A stretch of 40,484 nt of DNA from Clostridia bacterium (GTDB lineage: Bacteria; Bacillota; Clostridia; Oscillospirales; Acutalibacteraceae), in contig JAFSXA010000018.1 in the NCBI GenBank assembly GCA_017450135.1, positions 1 through 40,484 of the forward strand, read 5' to 3'. Numbering within the stretch: the stretch's first letter is position 1; every line of letters starts with the position of its first letter. Shown in pieces: positions 37,226 to 40,484 of the stretch. The translations under genes and the position numbers were made by a program. The notes below the pieces were generated by a model. It saw only the letters and a list, made by a program, of their open reading frames with translations, was not told the DNA's origin and ran no database searches.

Positions 37226-38065
37226 ATGAAAATAGCGCTTCTTCCGAATCTTACAAGAAAAAATGCGCCTGCGGTGTTCCGCGAGGTCTGTGAAAAGCTG
37301 GATGCGCTCGGCGCGGAATACTATGTCAGGGACGACTGCGACGGCCTGCCGGAGACCGGAGCAAGAAAGGTTCCGCATGACAAGATGATAGCCCTGTGCG
37401 ACATGGTCATAGCGATAGGCGGAGACGGCACGATCATCCACGCCGCAAAATTCGCAAAGCCGACCCTCGGCATCAACGCGGGCAGGATAGCCTTTATGGC
37501 AGGCCTCGAGCCGCAGGAGCTGGATATGCTCTCCGCTCTGCTCAGCGGTGAATATGAAATTGACAGGCGCATGATGCTCAAGGCTCAGATAAGAGATGCC
37601 TCGGACAGGACGGTCGAAACGAGATACTGTGTAAACGACGCCGTGGTCGCCCGCGGCGAGCAGATAAAAATGGCTGATATAGCAGTGGAATACAACGGCA
37701 GGCTGATGAAGACCTACACTGCGGACGGGATAATCATCTCCACACCGACCGGCTCCACGGCATACAATCTCTCCGCAGGCGGCCCGGTGGTGGACCCTCA
37801 GATAGAGAGTATACTGCTGACGCCGATCTGCACCCATTCACTTTTTTCAAGGGCGCTGATATTCAAGCCGGATTCGGTGTTCAGGCTTTACTGCCCGGAC
37901 AACGGCGAGATAGGGCTCTCCTGCGACGGCGAGGCAACCTTGAAGATACCCGGGGGCTGCAGTGCGGTAATCACCAAGGCGGACGTCTACGGCGAATTTA
38001 TCAGGATCAAGAACGATACGTTCCTCGAAATACTCAACAGTAAGCTCGAGCAACGCAGATTATAA
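37226..38065 (+). CDS. nadK: NAD kinase
   Basis: 279 aa from ATG 37226, 6 nt after AAGGAGG. Motifs GGDGTIIHAA, NDAVV, ADGIIISTPTGSTAYNLSAGGPVV. The ORF-track start 37175 lies inside tlyA. Confidence 0.94.
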   Translation: MKIALLPNLTRKNAPAVFREVCEKLDALGAEYYVRDDCDGLPETGARKVPHDKMIALCDMVIAIGGDGTIIHAAKFAKPTLGINAGRIAFMAGLEPQELDMLSALLSGEYEIDRRMMLKAQIRDASDRTVETRYCVNDAVVARGEQIKMADIAVEYNGRLMKTYTADGIIISTPTGSTAYNLSAGGPVVDPQIESILLTPICTHSLFSRALIFKPDSVFRLYCPDNGEIGLSCDGEATLKIPGGCSAVITKADVYGEFIRIKNDTFLEILNSKLEQRRL

Positions 38066-38077
38066 GGTGGTAGAATT

Positions 38078-38527
38078 ATGAAAAAGAAAAGACACAGCAT
38101 GATTTTACAGCTTATCGAGGATTATACGATAGGCACTCAGGAGGAGCTGCTTTCAAAGCTCAAGGAAAACGGCTTTACCGCAACTCAGGCGACGGTTTCC
38201 CGCGATATCAAGGAGCTCAGGCTCGTAAAGCAGATGGATAAGAACGGCAACTATCGCTATGTAGAGGGCAAGAGCGAGACGGACGAGTATCTTTCAAAAT
38301 TCAATACGATCTTTTCCCATTCCGTCATTTCATCGGACTACGCCGGCAATATCGTCAGCATCAAGTGCTACGACGGTATGACTCAGGCTGCCTGCGCCAC
38401 CTTTGACAATATGAGCTGGGAGGGGCTTGTAGGCACGATAGCCGGGGATGATACCATTTTTGCTCTGTGCAGGACGGAGGCTTTGGCAATCGAGCTGAAG
38501 CAGTCGGTGGATAAGCTGCTGCAGTGA
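38078..38527 (+). CDS. argR: Arginine repressor ArgR/AhrC
   Basis: 149 aa. The winged-helix N-terminus is RHSMILQLIEDYTIGTQEELLSKLKENGFTATQATVSRDIKEL. The C-terminal oligomerisation/arginine-binding block is GTIAGDDTIFAL. Confidence 0.95.
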   Translation: MKKKRHSMILQLIEDYTIGTQEELLSKLKENGFTATQATVSRDIKELRLVKQMDKNGNYRYVEGKSETDEYLSKFNTIFSHSVISSDYAGNIVSIKCYDGMTQAACATFDNMSWEGLVGTIAGDDTIFALCRTEALAIELKQSVDKLLQ

Positions 38528-38550
38528 TTATTTGATCGGACGGTGTTTTT

Positions 38551-40212
38551 ATGCTTGCAAGTCTGAAAATAGAAAATGTTGCGGTCATCGAGAGCGCGGC
38601 GGTCGAATTCGGCTGCGGCCTGAATGTTATCACCGGAGAGACGGGCGCGGGCAAATCCATCGTGATAGACGCCATAAATGCGATCCTCGGCGAGAGAACG
38701 TCCCGCGACCTCATCAGAACCGGGGCGGAGAAGGCGAGCGTTTACGCCGTCTTCGAGGACGTCAACCGGAACGTCTGCGACATCCTCGAGGAGCTTGGGA
38801 TAGAGAATGATTCCGAGGCGCTGATAATCAGCAGGACAATAGGCAGGGACGGTAAAAACTCCTGCCGTGTCAACGGCTGCCCGGTGAACGTTTCCATGCT
38901 CAGAGCCATAGGCACGGAGCTGATAGATATCCACGGCCAGCACGACAGCCAGAAGCTGCTGCAGCCGGAGAACCACTGCGGCATTATCGACGGCGTCGCG
39001 GGACTGAAGCCGCTTGTTGAAGAATACCGCGGCCGGTACGTCAGACTGTGCGAGATACGCCGCGAGCTGAAAAGCGTCAATATCAACGAAAGTCAGAAGG
39101 CTCAGCGCATTGATATGCTCAATTTTCAGATAGACGAGCTTGAAAAAGCGGATATCAGGGTCGGTGAGCGCGAGGAGCTGCTCTCACGCAGAACCTTTAT
39201 AAATAACGCGCAGACTGTTATGGAGAGCCTCGGCGCCGCCTATGAGGCGCTGAAGGGCGACGGAGCCGGTATAGACAGGATATCCGAAGCGTCCAATGAG
39301 CTTGACCGGGCAGGTATGTACCTTGCCGGAGCGAACCCGGCGGCGGAAAAGCTGACGGATATGAGGTACGAGCTTGAGGATATCGCGGAGGAGCTGCGTT
39401 CACTGATGGATTCAGCGGAATACGATCCCGTCGAGCTTGAGGATATCGAGGAGCGGCTCGACCTGCTCTACAGGCTGTCCCGAAAGTACGGCGATACCGA
39501 GGAGGATATGCTCGCGTATCTTGAATCAGCTCAAAAGGAGCTCAAGGAGATCGAGCTTTCCGACGTCAGGGTGAGCCGGCTCGAGGAGCTTGAAGAAAAA
39601 CAGCTTCGCCTTACTGAGCAGCTTGCCTCAAGGCTTACTGCGGCAAGGCGTTCTGCGGGCGAGAGGCTGTCAAAGGCCATCTGTGACGAGCTCGAATTTT
39701 TAGGTATGCCGAATGTTGTTTTCGAGACCCGGATATGCGAGACCCCTCTCGGGGAGAACGGCAGGGACGGCCTTGAGTTCCTCATCTCCGCGAACGCCGG
39801 TGAAGAGCCCAAGCCGCTTGCCAAGATCGCATCCGGCGGCGAGCTGTCGCGCATAATGCTCGCCATAAAGAGCATTATCGCCTCCGAGGACGACACGGGC
39901 ACGATGATTTTTGATGAGATAGACTCCGGAGTCAGCGGTGCGGCTGCCGAAAAGATCGCACTGAAGCTCCGCGAGGTCTCGGAGGGCAGACAGGTTATCT
40001 GTGTGACGCACCTTGCCCAGATCGCCGTCAGGGGAGACGTGCATTTCTATATCAGCAAATCAGTCCGTGACGGCAAGACTTACACCGAAATCAGTCCGCT
40101 CACCGGCGGGGACAGGGTCAGAGAGATAGCAAGGATAAACGCAGGGACCGAGATCACGACGCTCCAGCTCGAAAATGCGGCTGAAATGCTCAGGCTTTCC
40201 GGAAATTTATAA
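38551..40212 (+). CDS. recN: DNA repair protein RecN
   Basis: 553 aa. N-terminus LKIENVAVIESAAVEFGCGLNVITGETGAGKSI (Walker A), a long coiled-coil, signature SGGELSRIMLAIK, and Walker B MIFDEIDSGVSG. Confidence 0.96.
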   Translation: MLASLKIENVAVIESAAVEFGCGLNVITGETGAGKSIVIDAINAILGERTSRDLIRTGAEKASVYAVFEDVNRNVCDILEELGIENDSEALIISRTIGRDGKNSCRVNGCPVNVSMLRAIGTELIDIHGQHDSQKLLQPENHCGIIDGVAGLKPLVEEYRGRYVRLCEIRRELKSVNINESQKAQRIDMLNFQIDELEKADIRVGEREELLSRRTFINNAQTVMESLGAAYEALKGDGAGIDRISEASNELDRAGMYLAGANPAAEKLTDMRYELEDIAEELRSLMDSAEYDPVELEDIEERLDLLYRLSRKYGDTEEDMLAYLESAQKELKEIELSDVRVSRLEELEEKQLRLTEQLASRLTAARRSAGERLSKAICDELEFLGMPNVVFETRICETPLGENGRDGLEFLISANAGEEPKPLAKIASGGELSRIMLAIKSIIASEDDTGTMIFDEIDSGVSGAAAEKIALKLREVSEGRQVICVTHLAQIAVRGDVHFYISKSVRDGKTYTEISPLTGGDRVREIARINAGTEITTLQLENAAEMLRLSGNL

Positions 40213-40260
40213 CGAACCGTGAACAATCGGTAAACATTTGAAGATGGCGGACGTTTCCGG

Positions 40261-40289
40261 TTGAAAAAAATGTCTGACTGTGATAGAAT
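40261..40289 (+). promoter_or_regulatory. SigA-type extended -10 promoter of the downstream lipoprotein gene
   Basis: TTGAAA (40261-40266), 17-nt spacer ending in TGA, TAGAAT (40284-40289). Confidence 0.6.
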
Positions 40290-40328
40290 AAGAACGGTCA
40301 AAGCGCAATCACAATATGGAGAATTAAA

Positions 40329-40484
40329 ATGAAAAGAAACTATTCAAATATCAGATCGACAGCTCTGCTGCTCGCATTTATGATAGCCTTCGGCTCCGTC
40401 CTTTCGGGCTGCGGCATCAGGAAGGTCACCCACAAGGGAGGCTCGTCCGAGGCGTCGACAGACGGCATCATCCATATAGGTGAC
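40329..40484 (+). CDS. Putative lipoprotein, 5' fragment (runs off the window end)
   Basis: ATG 40329 lies 6 nt after GGAGA. The translation is MKRNYSNIRSTALLLAFMIAFGSVLSGCGIRK... with lipobox LSGC. The frame stays open to position 40484. It is absent from the ORF track because no stop codon lies within the window. Confidence 0.6.
   Translation, partial: MKRNYSNIRSTALLLAFMIAFGSVLSGCGIRKVTHKGGSSEASTDGIIHIGD

Noticed and set aside
40213-40260. A terminator or LexA (Cheo) box after recN: CGAACCGTGAACAA and the small hairpin CGGA-CGTT-TCCG.
   Set aside because: The sequence is GAAC-N4-AACA, not the GAAC-N4-GTTC palindrome. The hairpins have only 4 bp and no following T-run. There is also no Cheo box in the 23-nt argR-recN gap.

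Overview
Core chromosomal segment of an endospore-forming Firmicute, Clostridia-like (GC-rich third codon positions, GTG/TTG starts, GGAGG ribosome-binding sites). I found no rRNA, tRNA, CRISPR array, transposase, integrase or phage gene. Gene order: rpoB (3' end) and rpoC; tandem terminators; a dcw cell-wall/division cluster (mraZ, rsmH, ftsL, class B PBP, murE, murF, ftsW/spoVE, murG, murA, ftsQ/divIB) followed by a separately transcribed ftsZ; a 3-gene polar amino-acid ABC importer; an orphan membrane-anchored Ser/Ala/Asp-rich protein; on the minus strand an RluA-family pseudouridine synthase and a 1020-aa YfhO-family membrane protein; the complete spoIIIAA-AH operon; then a tightly packed block nusB, TsaD/Kae1-like paralog, xseA, xseB, ispA, dxs, tlyA, nadK, argR, recN, and the 5' end of a lipoprotein gene. 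The spoIIIA-to-recN order mirrors the Bacillus subtilis spoIIIA-spo0A region. I see no convincing new multi-gene system. The most interesting items are: (a) a promoter, perfect palindrome and intrinsic terminator wedged between spoIIIAH and nusB, which nusB transcription must cross; (b) a divergent TsaD/Kae1 paralog where B. subtilis has folD; (c) phased direct repeats and an upstream ORF in the mraZ leader; (d) a poly-acidic tail on RpoB; (e) an orphan surface protein; (f) a trimmed dcw cluster lacking mraY, murD, murC and ftsA. All homology calls come from reading the translations by eye. No database search was run.
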